This document shows, one piece after another, positions 26,661 through 46,642 of a stretch of 64,000 nt of DNA. A program made the position numbers and the translations under genes. A model generated the notes under the pieces. That model was not told the origin of the DNA, ran no database searches, and saw nothing but the letters and a program-made list of their open reading frames with translations. The stretch covers positions 1 through 64,000 of the forward strand of contig JAWLBL010000007.1 in assembly GCA_041687695.1 (NCBI GenBank). Direction: 5' to 3'. This DNA is from Myxococcota bacterium (GTDB taxonomy: Bacteria; Myxococcota_A; UBA9042; PHBI01; JAWLBL01). Each line of letters opens with the position of its first letter. Position 1 is the first letter of the stretch.

Positions 26661-27584
26661 TCAGGGCGTCGTCGCGGCCAGCGGATGCGGCCCCCGGGCG
26701 AAGGTGTCGGCGAGCTGCGCGTCCAGATCGGCGCCGGGCGCGAGCGGAACGCGCACGGTCTCGCTCACGAGGCAGCGGTGGTCCAGCGTCGGCCCGTCGA
26801 CGGCGAAGGACAGGCGGACCTCGACGGCGCTGGCGGCCGCGGCGGCGGCCTCCTTCCGCGACAGCAGGACGAAGCTGTCGCAGGTCACTGGCGCCTCGCC
26901 CTCGCACGCGCGGCGCTCGAGCAGCGCGATGAGGCCTCCCTTGGGCGGGTCGCCCGGCTTGGCGGTGTCGCCCGCGCTCGCCATGGTCTTGACGATGTGC
27001 GCGAGGTCCTCGAGCTGCTGGGTGGAGGCGCCGCGCTTGCGCAGCTCGAGGTCGACGCCGCCCAGCGTCAGCCCGCCGACCAGGGCGTCGGCGATGCCGC
27101 CGAGCAGGTTGAAGCGCGCCTTGCCCGCGGCGGGCGCGGCGGCCGCGCGGGGGCCACGTTCGAGGTCGTGGGCCTCGGCGTATTCCGGCGGCAGGTCGGC
27201 GAAGCGCCCCGACGCGCTCTGGACCGACCACGAGTGCTTGTCGAGGCGCAGGCTGTCGACGCGCCACGGGGGATCGGCCGACACCGCCGCGGCCGGGCGC
27301 TGCGGGTAGGTCAGCCGCACGCGCAGCAGGGCATGGCGATCGCCGAAGCGTGTGGCGACCTCGGGGCCGAACAGCAGCGTCAGCTCGTCCGGCGAGAGCA
27401 CGTCCATCCAGACCGTGGGCGCGATGGCGTCGCGCAGCCAGGCCGCGACGGGGCGCTCGCGCTCGGGCTCGCCCAGGGCACCCTCGCAGGCGTCGAACAG
27501 GCGGCCCGCGTCGAGGTGCTGCTGCGTCGAGGCGCAGCCGGCGGTGAGGACCAACGTGAGAGCCAACGGGAACCACGCGCGCAT
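26661..27584 (-). CDS. Hypothetical lipoprotein (~307 aa)
   Basis: GGAGG RBS; N-terminus MRAWFPLALTLVLTAG-C with lipobox. Confidence 0.75.
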   Translation of the reverse strand: MRAWFPLALTLVLTAGCASTQQHLDAGRLFDACEGALGEPERERPVAAWLRDAIAPTVWMDVLSPDELTLLFGPEVATRFGDRHALLRVRLTYPQRPAAAVSADPPWRVDSLRLDKHSWSVQSASGRFADLPPEYAEAHDLERGPRAAAAPAAGKARFNLLGGIADALVGGLTLGGVDLELRKRGASTQQLEDLAHIVKTMASAGDTAKPGDPPKGGLIALLERRACEGEAPVTCDSFVLLSRKEAAAAAASAVEVRLSFAVDGPTLDHRCLVSETVRVPLAPGADLDAQLADTFARGPHPLAATTP

Positions 27585-27746
27585 CGGAGGCCTCCAGGGC
27601 TGCGGAGTGAGGGCGAGCCGTCGGTTCGCCAGGCGTGCGGCCATGTTAGCCCGCGTCAGGCCCGGTTTGAATACACCCTCTGGCCCGCGGGGGGCGGGCG
27701 GGCTATCTTGCCAGCTCCGACGCACGACGGGCTGGGAGGGACGCCG

Positions 27747-29936
27747 ATGAGGCGCGCATGGGGCGTTTGGGCGATGGCGGCCGGAGTCGTACTGGCGATG
27801 CCCGGGTTCGGCGCGTGCGGCGGCGCCGTGGACGACCCGGATCGCGGCGCCGAGGACGCCGACGCTCCGGACGAGGGCGCGGACGCGACGACGCCGGAGG
27901 CGGACGCGGTCCTCGTCGAGGACGGGGTCGCCGACGCGGCCGCCGACGTGCCGGCGCTGCCGGTCGGCGGAGATCCGGGGCGGGTCACGCTGCACCGGCT
28001 CAACCGGGTCGAGTACGACAACACCGTGCGCGATCTGCTGGGCACGGCGCAGCGGCCCGGGCGCGACTTCCCGTCGGACGACCACGGCTACGGCTTCGAC
28101 AACATCGCGGACGTGCTGGCGATGTCGCCGCTGCTCTTCGAGCTGTACGAGAACGCGGCCGAGAAGCTGATCGACGAGGCGATGTTCCAGCCGGTGACCG
28201 AGCCGGTGACCTTCCTGGTCGAGGCCGAGGACGCCCAGCACACCGTCGGCGGACCCTCGGGCGGCGCCTGGAACCTGTGGAGCAACGGAGAGGCCTCCGA
28301 GGCGCTGAAGCTGCCGGCGGACGGCACCTACCGGATGCGTGTGCGCCTGTGGGGTCAGCAAGCGGGGCCGGATCCGGTCCACGTGGCGCTGTCCGTCGAC
28401 GGACTGACCTTCGCCGAGGTCGACGTGACGGCGACGGCGGCCGCGCCCGAGGTGGTCGAGGTGACCTTCGAGGCCAAGGCCGGCCTGCGGCAGGTCGCCG
28501 TGGCGTTCACCAACGACTTCTACGACCCGGTCTCGTCGGCCGACCGCAACCTGCTGGTCGACTGGTTCGAGGTCTACGGCCCGCTCGAGGTGCTGACCGT
28601 CAAGCCGGTCAACGCGGCGCGCGAGCGCATCATGGTGTGCGACCCGGCCGCGATCGGAGAGGTCGCCTGCGCTCGGCAGATCGTCGCCGCCTTCGGCCAG
28701 CGCGCCTGGCGGCGGCCGCTCACCGAGGCCGAGGTGGACGCGGTGGCGGCCTTCCTGGCGGTCGCGCAGGAGGAGGGCGAGGGCTTCGAGGCCGGCGTTC
28801 GCCTGGCCTTGCAGGCCATCCTGACCTCGCCGCACTTCGTCTTCCGGGTCGAGGTCGACCCCGACCCCACGGGCGCCACGCCGCGGCCGCTGACCGATTG
28901 GGAGCTGGCCTCGCGCCTGAGCTACTTCCTGTGGTCGTCCATGCCCGACGACGCGCTCTTCGAGGCGGCCAAAGCGGGGCGGCTGCAGGATCCGGCCGAG
29001 CTCGAGGCCCAGGTCCGGCGCATGCTCAAGGATCCGCGCGCCACCGCGTTGGTCGACAACTTCGCCGGGCAGTGGCTGTACCTGCGCGCCATCGACGACG
29101 CGGCGCCGGATCCGTGGGTGTATCCGGCCTGGAGCGAGGCGCTGCGCGAGGCGATGCGCGCCGAGGCCTGGCTGTTCGTGAACGGCTTTCTGCGCGGCGA
29201 CCGCGACATGCGCGAGCTGCTGACCGCGACCGAGAGCCACATCGACGCGACGCTCGCCGAGCACTATGGCATCGCCCCGTTCTCGGCGCCGCCGGGCGCC
29301 TTCGTGCCCACGGACGTGTCGGCCTTCGGGCGCGGGGGCCTGCTGCGCCAGGGCGCGCTGCTGACGGCCCTGTCCTATCCGACGCGGACCTCGCCGGTGA
29401 AGCGTGGCAAGTGGGTGCTGGGGCAGCTGCTCTGCAGCGAGCCCGACCCGCCGCCGCCCGGCGTCGAGAACATCACGCCCGAGGCTCTGGCGTCCAAGAC
29501 GCTGCGCGAGATCATGGAGATCCACCGCGCCGACCCGCTGTGCGCGTCGTGTCACGTGCTGATGGACCCCATCGGCCTCGGGCTCGAGCACTTCGACGGG
29601 CTGGGTGTCTGGCGCGAGACCTACACCGACAGCGGGCTGCCGGTGGACGCGACGGGGACGCTGCCGGGCCTCGGTGACTTCGCCGACGCCGACGGGCTGC
29701 TGGCGCTGCTGGCCGACAGCCCGGCCGTGTCGATGTGCATCGTCGAGAAGACGCTGACCTACGCCCTCGGGCGCGGGCCGCTCGATGGGGACAAGCCGTA
29801 CCTGAAGGCGTTGACGCAGGGCTTCGAGGTGTCGGGGCGGCGCTTCTCCGATCTGGTGGTGTTGCTGGTGCAGAGCGAGCCGTTCCGCATGCGACGCGGC
29901 CAGCTGCCCGGTGACACGCAGGACAGTGGCGAGTGA
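27747..29936 (+). CDS. DUF1592-family protein (DUF1587/1595/1592/1588/1585) with an inserted CBM60-like module and a CxxCH motif; probable lipoprotein
   Basis: HRLNRVEYDNTVRDLLG, GFDN, AWRRPL, SPHFVFR, ELASRLSYFLWSSMPD, RTSPVKRG, CASCH, MDPIGLGLEHFD; insert VAFTND...DRNLLVD. Confidence 0.92.
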   Translation: MRRAWGVWAMAAGVVLAMPGFGACGGAVDDPDRGAEDADAPDEGADATTPEADAVLVEDGVADAAADVPALPVGGDPGRVTLHRLNRVEYDNTVRDLLGTAQRPGRDFPSDDHGYGFDNIADVLAMSPLLFELYENAAEKLIDEAMFQPVTEPVTFLVEAEDAQHTVGGPSGGAWNLWSNGEASEALKLPADGTYRMRVRLWGQQAGPDPVHVALSVDGLTFAEVDVTATAAAPEVVEVTFEAKAGLRQVAVAFTNDFYDPVSSADRNLLVDWFEVYGPLEVLTVKPVNAARERIMVCDPAAIGEVACARQIVAAFGQRAWRRPLTEAEVDAVAAFLAVAQEEGEGFEAGVRLALQAILTSPHFVFRVEVDPDPTGATPRPLTDWELASRLSYFLWSSMPDDALFEAAKAGRLQDPAELEAQVRRMLKDPRATALVDNFAGQWLYLRAIDDAAPDPWVYPAWSEALREAMRAEAWLFVNGFLRGDRDMRELLTATESHIDATLAEHYGIAPFSAPPGAFVPTDVSAFGRGGLLRQGALLTALSYPTRTSPVKRGKWVLGQLLCSEPDPPPPGVENITPEALASKTLREIMEIHRADPLCASCHVLMDPIGLGLEHFDGLGVWRETYTDSGLPVDATGTLPGLGDFADADGLLALLADSPAVSMCIVEKTLTYALGRGPLDGDKPYLKALTQGFEVSGRRFSDLVVLLVQSEPFRMRRGQLPGDTQDSGE

Positions 29937-29964
29937 GCGCGCGGCGACCAGCAGGAGCACACCG

Positions 29965-31302
29965 ATGACGCGACCCAGCAAGCTTTCACGCCGGACCTTC
30001 CTCGGGGGCGCCGCCGCGGCGCTGGCCCTGCCCTGGCTCGAGTCGCTGCACGGCCGGGCCGCGCGGGCGGCGGGACCGGACGACGGGCCCCCGCGGCGGC
30101 TGCTGTTCTATTACGTGCCCAACGGCATCCACATGGCCGACTGGACGCCGACCCAGACGGGCGCCGGGTACGACCTGCCGCCCATCTTGAAGCCGCTGGG
30201 TGCCATGCAGGACAAGGTGCTGGTGCTGACGGGCCTCGCCAACCTGCCGGCCAAGCCGGACGGCGCCGGCGACCACGCCGCCGGGACCGGGTCGTTTCTG
30301 ACCTGCACCCACGTCTTCAAGACCGAGGGCAAGGACATCAAGAACGGCGTCTCGGTCGATCAGGTGGCGGCCAACGCCATCGGCGGCGCGACGAACTTCC
30401 CGTCGCTGCAGCTCGGGGTCGACGGCGGCGGCAACGTCGGCGGCTGCGACAGCGGCTACAGCTGCGCCTACGCGCGCAACATCTCGTGGGCCGGGCCGGC
30501 GACGCCGCTGCCCAAGCTGGTCAACCCGCAGCTGGTCTTCGATCGCCTCTTCGCCGGCTACGACCCGCTCGCCTCGGCCGAGCAGCTCGACCGGCGCCGA
30601 CGCTACCGGCTGAGCATCCTGGACTGGGTGACCAAGGACGCCAAGACGCTGCAGAGCAAGCTGGCGCCATTGGACAAGCTCAAGGTGCAGGAGTACCTCG
30701 ACAGCGTGCGCGCCCTCGAGCTACGCCTCGAGGCCGGCGAGGTCGGCGGGCTGACCTGCGACCCGGGCCCGCGCCCCGAGGACGAGGGGGACGTGCAGGC
30801 CAGGGTCGCGTTGATGACCGATCTCATGGTGCTGGCGCTGCAGTGCGACCAGACGCGCGTCGTCAGCTTCATGCTGGGCAACGCCGGCAGCGGCCGCAGC
30901 TACGACTTCCTGGGGGTCAGCGGCGCGCACCACGAGCTGTCGCACCACCAGAACCAGCCCGAGAACTTCGACAAGCTGCGCATCATCGACACGTGGGAGG
31001 TCACCGTCTTCGCGCAGCTGCTGGCGAAGATGGACGCCGTGGTCGAGGCCGACGGGACGACGCTGCTGGACAACAGCCTGGTCTTCTTCTCGAGCGAGAT
31101 CGAGGACGGCAACGCCCACCGCCACACCAACCTGCCGGTGCTGCTGGCCGGCGGCGGCGGCGGCGCGGTGACCCCAGGCCGTCACGTCGTCTACGGCGGC
31201 GCCCCGCCCATCGCGAACCTGTTCCTGTCGATGCTGCACGCGGTCGGCGTGGACGCGGCCGCGTTCGGCGACAGCACGGGGCCGCTGCCCAACCTGGTCT
31301 GA
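29965..31302 (+). CDS. DUF1552 (HXXSHH) family Tat-exported protein
   Basis: SRRTFL Tat motif, LALPWLES, PNG, SVDQ and HHELSHH; the usual partner of DUF1592. Confidence 0.93.
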   Translation: MTRPSKLSRRTFLGGAAAALALPWLESLHGRAARAAGPDDGPPRRLLFYYVPNGIHMADWTPTQTGAGYDLPPILKPLGAMQDKVLVLTGLANLPAKPDGAGDHAAGTGSFLTCTHVFKTEGKDIKNGVSVDQVAANAIGGATNFPSLQLGVDGGGNVGGCDSGYSCAYARNISWAGPATPLPKLVNPQLVFDRLFAGYDPLASAEQLDRRRRYRLSILDWVTKDAKTLQSKLAPLDKLKVQEYLDSVRALELRLEAGEVGGLTCDPGPRPEDEGDVQARVALMTDLMVLALQCDQTRVVSFMLGNAGSGRSYDFLGVSGAHHELSHHQNQPENFDKLRIIDTWEVTVFAQLLAKMDAVVEADGTTLLDNSLVFFSSEIEDGNAHRHTNLPVLLAGGGGGAVTPGRHVVYGGAPPIANLFLSMLHAVGVDAAAFGDSTGPLPNLV

Positions 31303-31405
31303 CGGCGACAGGGGAGGGCGGGCGGCCACGACGGACGCGCCCGCCTCGGGTGGCGGCTCGGTTGCGGGCCCCGCTCGGCGGTGATCGTCCAGGACTTTCG
31401 AAACG

Positions 31406-31434
31406 CGAGAGGGGGGCGCCTGGCCCCCCTCTCG
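31406..31434 (-). terminator. Hairpin terminator between convergent genes
   Basis: 12-bp arms CGAGAGGGGGGC/GCCCCCCTCTCG, followed by CGTTTCG on the minus strand. Confidence 0.65.
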
Positions 31435-31457
31435 GCGTGGTCGGTCCCGTCAGGCCG

Positions 31458-39158
<7,701 letters not shown>

Positions 39159-39294
39159 CCCCGCCCCCTGACGATCCGCCGTTCCCAGTAGACCGTTCCT
39201 AACCCGGTCCGTCGCGCTCGCACAAGGGCGTGGGACGACAACGGCGCACGGCGGCGAAACCAGCGGGGCCTGGGGACCCACCGCGCGCCGCGGC

Positions 39295-42108
<2,814 letters not shown>

Positions 42109-42205
42109 GGGCGCGGCTCCCCTCTGCCACGCGCGGGCGACCCGACCACCGTAGCATCGCTGGCGTCGCTTGGAAGGCGATCCACGGGATTTCCGGGCAT
42201 GTCGA

Positions 42206-42223
42206 TTATGATCTTCGTCATTA
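42206..42223. promoter_or_regulatory. Palindromic ATGA-N6-TCAT site in an AT-rich patch between the divergent kinase and folE genes
   Basis: Sequence TTATGATCTTCGTCATTA. Confidence 0.35.
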
Positions 42224-42401
42224 GGGCGAAGTGTGTGTTTCATGCGTCAGTTCGCCGCTGGAGCCGGGGCGGGCTTGCCTCGCGGGCGTCGGGCCCCATC
42301 ATTGCACCCTTCACGCGCCGGCCGGGTCGCACCCGGCGGGCGGTCGCGCGCGGCCTTGGGCCGCGGCGCCAGTTCCCGTCGCCTACGGGAGGACGCCAAG
42401 C

Positions 42402-43073
42402 ATGGTCTCGGACATCGATCTCGCCCGCATCAAGCCCTTCACCCGCGCGAGCGGCCGCGCCAGCGAGCCGGCCTCCGAGGCGGAGGATCGAGGCGCCCCG
42501 GCCGCGATCGACGAGGGCCGCCTCGCCCGCGCCGTGCGCGAGATCCTGATCGCCATCGGAGAGGACCCCGACCGCGAGGGGCTCGTCGAGACCCCGGACC
42601 GCGTGGCCCGCGCCTTCGCCGAGCTGTGCGGGGGGCTGCGAGAGGATCCGGGGGTGCACCTCTCCAAGGTGTTCGACGAGGGCTTCGGCGAGACCGTCAC
42701 CCTGCGCGACATCCCCTTCGACAGCCTCTGCGAGCACCACCTGCTGCCCTTCAGCGGGGTCGCCCACGTGGCCTACCTGCCCGCGGACGGCCGCGTCGTC
42801 GGGCTGTCGAAGCTGGCGCGCACGGTCGAGACCTTCGCCCGCCGGCCGCAGGTCCAGGAGCGGCTGACCGCGCAGATCGCCGACGCCCTCGACCAGCACC
42901 TGTCCCCGCTGGGGGTCTGCGTCATCGTCGAGGCCGAGCACTCGTGCATGAAGATGCGGGGCGTGGGCAAGGCGGGCGCGGTCATGACGACCACGGCGCA
43001 CCGCGGCGCCCTGCGCGACGATCCCGCGCTGCGGCGCGAGGTGATGGACCTCCTCCTGCGTCGAGACCCCTAG
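42402..43073 (+). CDS. folE: GTP cyclohydrolase I
   Basis: [44 protein letters not shown] and HSCMKMRG. Confidence 0.96.
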   Translation: MVSDIDLARIKPFTRASGRASEPASEAEDRGAPAAIDEGRLARAVREILIAIGEDPDREGLVETPDRVARAFAELCGGLREDPGVHLSKVFDEGFGETVTLRDIPFDSLCEHHLLPFSGVAHVAYLPADGRVVGLSKLARTVETFARRPQVQERLTAQIADALDQHLSPLGVCVIVEAEHSCMKMRGVGKAGAVMTTTAHRGALRDDPALRREVMDLLLRRDP

Positions 43074-43086
43074 GAGCTCCCAGGCG

Positions 43087-43944
43087 TCAGGGCTCGCCCA
43101 GCAGCGACGTGGGCGCCACGCCCAGCGCCTCGGCCAGGCGGAGCACCGCGGCCAGGGTCACGTTCTGGCGGCCGCGCTCGATGGCGCTCACGTAGGTGCG
43201 ATCCAGGCCGGCGCGCTCGGCCAGCGCCTGCTGGCTGAGGCCCGCCGCGCGGCGCAGGTGCCGCAGGCGGTCGCCCAGGGCCTCGAGGTACCGGGCCAGC
43301 GTGTCCTCGGGCGCGACCCCGACCAGGCGACGCGCCGCCTGCAGGGCCGTGGGCGCGTCCGAGACGGCCAGGTCGGCGCCCAGCTCGCGGTCGGGCGGCC
43401 GGACGGCCGGCCCGCCGACGATGACCAGCGGCGGCGAGGGCAGCGCCCGCAGGCCCTCGGCGGCGCGGGTGGCACCCTCGCGCGCGTCGGTGACTGTCAC
43501 GCCGATGACCACCAGCGCCGCGCCAACGCGCGCGGCGTAGTCGACCAGGGCCTCGGCCGGCGTGTTGGCGCCCAGGAAGGCGACCTGCCAGCCGTCGAGG
43601 TGCAGCAGCTCGGCCATCACCCGCGCCCCGAGCCCGTGGTGATCCCCCTCGGGGCAGGCGACGACGGCGCCGAGCCCGTGCGGCGGGACACGCGGGAGCG
43701 ACCCGCGCAGGCTCTCGACGCATGCCCACGCCGTGTGGGTCGCCAGGTGCTCGTCGGCCACCGACACCCGGCCGGCGTGCCACAGGTCCCCGACCTCGGC
43801 GACCGCGGGCGCGAGCAGCCCCGTCAGGACCTCGGCGGCCGAGACGGCCTGGGCGAGCTGGGCCCGCAGCAGCTCGAGGGCGCGGTCGCGGTCGCCCCGC
43901 AGCAGGGCGTCGCGCAGCTCGGCGCGCGCGGAGGCGGGGATCAC
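43087..43944 (-). CDS. CarH-type cobalamin-binding domain fused to a C-terminal XRE/Cro-C1 HTH
   Basis: GTGA overlap with the photolyase stop; W-x9-EH (WHAGRVSVADEH); DxHxxG (DHHGLG); LGANTP and VGG; XRE segment LRHLRRAAGLSQQALAERAGLDRTYVSAIERG. Confidence 0.88.
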   Translation of the reverse strand: MIPASARAELRDALLRGDRDRALELLRAQLAQAVSAAEVLTGLLAPAVAEVGDLWHAGRVSVADEHLATHTAWACVESLRGSLPRVPPHGLGAVVACPEGDHHGLGARVMAELLHLDGWQVAFLGANTPAEALVDYAARVGAALVVIGVTVTDAREGATRAAEGLRALPSPPLVIVGGPAVRPPDRELGADLAVSDAPTALQAARRLVGVAPEDTLARYLEALGDRLRHLRRAAGLSQQALAERAGLDRTYVSAIERGRQNVTLAAVLRLAEALGVAPTSLLGEP

Positions 43945-45428
43945 GAGCGCTCGCTCGCGGGGCCGAAGCGCGCGAGGTAGGCGCTCATGGCGTGCTTGCG
44001 GCGCGCGCTGTCGGACGTCATGTACCGCACCTTCCCGTAGATCGGGCGCTCGGGCCCCCAGGGCCGGTCGTAGCGCCCGAAGCACCAGCCGATGCCACTG
44101 TAGGAGTTGGGGTCGCGTCCGTCGACGGCCCACCGGTCGTTCAGGGCGACCAGCCACTCGAAGGCCTGCTGCGGGTGGCGGGTCCACGCGAGGACGCGCT
44201 TGCCCCAGACCATGCGCAGGCGGTTGTGCAGGCGGCCCTCGGTCACCAGCTGCCGCTGGGCGGCGTTCCACACCGGGTCGTCGGTCTCGGCGCGCTCGAG
44301 GCGCTCGAACGTGTAAAGGGCCGGGCGCCGGTCGCGGGCGTGGGCTTCGAGGGTGGCGCGCGCCCAGTCGGGCAGCCCCTCCCAGCGGTCGGCGTCGTCG
44401 CGGTGGGCGCAGAAGTTGAGGCCCAGCTCGCGCCAGGTCACCAGCTGGTCCAAGAAGGCCTCGGCGTCGGGGCCGACCCCCCAGAAGCCCTCGCGCGCCC
44501 CGGTGGCGCGGGACCCCAGGCGAGCCGGCGACCAGCGCTCGCGGGCCATCAGGGCGTCGAAGACCTCGTGGGCGGACAGGTGCCCGAAGTGCAGGTAGGG
44601 GCTCAGGCCGCTGGTGGCCTCGTGGTCCGGGTCGTCGCGGTGGGCCAGGTATTGGCCGAGGCGTCGGTCGAGGAAGCGGTCGAGCGCCGCGCGGGCCGCC
44701 TCCTGGCCGCCGCGGAAGGGCGCCGGACCGACCTGGTGATCGATGGGGAAGGCGGCGAGCCCGTCGCGGCCCGCGAGCAGCGCGGCGGGAGCGGCCGGCC
44801 AGCGGCGCGTCACCGCCGGCGGGAGCTTCGGCGCCCGGGGCAGGGCGAGGCCGGCCAGCGGGTCGGGCAGGGGCGGGTCGGCCAGGACGCGTCGGATCTC
44901 GCGCTGCACGAAGCGGCGGAAGGCGAAGGCGGTGCCCCAGGCGCGGTCGGTGGCGGTCAGCGGCAGGAGGCCGTTGCCGTCGACGGCCTCGAGGCGGGTG
45001 GTCAGCTGGCGGCCGGCGGCGGCCACCATGCGGGGCAGGAAGAAGGCCGGGAAGTCGTCGGTGACGACGCAGCAGGCGTCCCGGGCCATTGTCTGCAGCA
45101 GGCCCTGGCCGTCGCCGGGCCGCGGCTCGAGGTAGGGGTGATAGGCGACCCCGGCCGCCTCGAAGGCCGCCGCCTGGTCGGCCATCCCGTCGAGGACGAA
45201 GCGGTGCAGGCGGTCGGAGGCCCAGGGGTAGGCGACGCGCAGCGGCTCGAGCACCACCAGCGGCCGGCCCCACTCGGCGGCGCGCGCGGCGGCGTGCTGC
45301 AGGGCGAAGGAGGAGCGGGTGCGGCGGGCCGCGATCATCCAGTACAGGACGAAGGCGCCGTCGGGGCGTGGCGGGGCCTCGTTGACGGCGCGGACGCGGT
45401 CGGGGGGAGCGGGAGTGAGCCGAGCCAT
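43941..45428 (-). CDS. phr: Class II CPD DNA photolyase
   Basis: VLYWM, SGLSPYLHFG, WREL, TDDPVWNAAQ, HNRLRMVWGK and DGRDPNSYSGIGWCFGRYDRPW..RPIYGKVRYM. Confidence 0.93.
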   Translation of the reverse strand: MARLTPAPPDRVRAVNEAPPRPDGAFVLYWMIAARRTRSSFALQHAAARAAEWGRPLVVLEPLRVAYPWASDRLHRFVLDGMADQAAAFEAAGVAYHPYLEPRPGDGQGLLQTMARDACCVVTDDFPAFFLPRMVAAAGRQLTTRLEAVDGNGLLPLTATDRAWGTAFAFRRFVQREIRRVLADPPLPDPLAGLALPRAPKLPPAVTRRWPAAPAALLAGRDGLAAFPIDHQVGPAPFRGGQEAARAALDRFLDRRLGQYLAHRDDPDHEATSGLSPYLHFGHLSAHEVFDALMARERWSPARLGSRATGAREGFWGVGPDAEAFLDQLVTWRELGLNFCAHRDDADRWEGLPDWARATLEAHARDRRPALYTFERLERAETDDPVWNAAQRQLVTEGRLHNRLRMVWGKRVLAWTRHPQQAFEWLVALNDRWAVDGRDPNSYSGIGWCFGRYDRPWGPERPIYGKVRYMTSDSARRKHAMSAYLARFGPASERS

Positions 45429-45448
45429 GGCGCGAGCCTCGCAGAACG

Positions 45449-45464
45449 GTTGATTGGACTCAAC
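45449..45464. promoter_or_regulatory. Palindrome GTTGA-N6-TCAAC (9/10 match to the FNR-type TTGAT-N4-ATCAA box) between phr and the DUF523/1722 gene
   Basis: GTTGATTGGACTCAAC, at the edge of an AT-rich patch and ~20 bp upstream of the phr ATG. Confidence 0.5.
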
Positions 45465-45610
45465 GTCGTGCGTTCCTATTGTGGCTTTTAATCGTCGAAA
45501 GGGGGCGAAGTGCGGACGCAGGGCTCCAGGCAACCATGGGCGCGCCGGGAGAGCGGCCCAGGGGGGCGGAGGCGGTGGCGCACGACGCGCGGCCACACCG
45601 AGGCCGCGGC

Positions 45611-46639
45611 GTGAGCGACCGGGACCCCGAGCTGGGCGCGGCGGCGGGCGCGGGGCCGGCGGAAGCGGGCCGGGCGGGGCCGCGCGTGCGGATCGGCGTG
45701 TCGGCCTGCCTGACCGGGCGGCCGGTGCGCTTCGACGGCGGCCACAAGCAGAACGCGTTCGTCGTCGAGGAGCTCGCGTCGATCGCGACCCTGGTGCCGA
45801 TGTGCCCCGAGTGGGCGCTGGGCCTGGGCGCGCCCCGTGAGGCGCTGCGGCTGGTCCGCAGCGGGGAGGGCGCGCGCCTCGTCACCGCGCGCTCGGGGGT
45901 GGACCACACCGAGCGCATGCGGGCGTGGGCCGGGCGCGAGGTCGACGGGCTGGCCGCGGCGGGGCTGTGCGGCGGGCTCTGTGGTTTCGTGGTCAAGAAG
46001 GACTCGCCGACCTGCGGGCTCGAGCGGGTCAAGGTCTACGACCCGCGGACGGGACAGCCGTCGCGCACCGGGGTCGGGGCGTTCACCGCCGCGCTGCGGG
46101 CGCGCCTGCCCCTGCTGCCGGTCGAGGAGGAGGGGCGCCTGAACGACCCCGGGCTGCGCGACGCGTTCCTGACCAGGATCTTCGCGGTGGCGCGCGGCCG
46201 GGCGCTGCTCGACGCGGGGCCGGACCGGTCGGCGCTGGCGCGCTTCCACGCGCAGGAGAAGCTGCTGCTGCTCGCCTACGACGAGCGGGCGCTGCGCGGG
46301 CTGGGCCGGCTGGTGGCCGAGGCGAGCGCGTCCGACGCCGGACGGGTGGCCGAGGCCTACGTCGAGGGGTTCCTGGCCGCGCTGGCCGGGCCGCCCTCGC
46401 GGGGCCGGCACGTCAACGTCCTGCTGCACATGCTGGGGCACCTGCGCGACGGCGCCGACCGGGCGGTGCGGGGCGACGTCCGGGAGGCCATCGAGGCCTA
46501 CCGCGCGGGTCAGGCGCCGCGCGACGCGCCGCTGACGCTGCTGCGGCACTACATCGGGCGGCTCGGGCTGACCTGGCTGGCCGCGCAGACCTACCTGCGC
46601 CCCTATCCGCGGACGCTGGTGCGGCTGGGCTGGTCCTGA
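45611..46639 (+). CDS. ybgA: DUF523 + DUF1722 protein (YbgA-like; 2-thiouracil desulfurase family); start uncertain (45536 possible)
   Basis: IGVSACLTG..VRFDGGH, CPE, PRE, KKDSPTCG, EEEGRL and HVNVLLHMLG. Confidence 0.9.
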   Translation: MSDRDPELGAAAGAGPAEAGRAGPRVRIGVSACLTGRPVRFDGGHKQNAFVVEELASIATLVPMCPEWALGLGAPREALRLVRSGEGARLVTARSGVDHTERMRAWAGREVDGLAAAGLCGGLCGFVVKKDSPTCGLERVKVYDPRTGQPSRTGVGAFTAALRARLPLLPVEEEGRLNDPGLRDAFLTRIFAVARGRALLDAGPDRSALARFHAQEKLLLLAYDERALRGLGRLVAEASASDAGRVAEAYVEGFLAALAGPPSRGRHVNVLLHMLGHLRDGADRAVRGDVREAIEAYRAGQAPRDAPLTLLRHYIGRLGLTWLAAQTYLRPYPRTLVRLGWS

Positions 46640-46642
46640 GCG

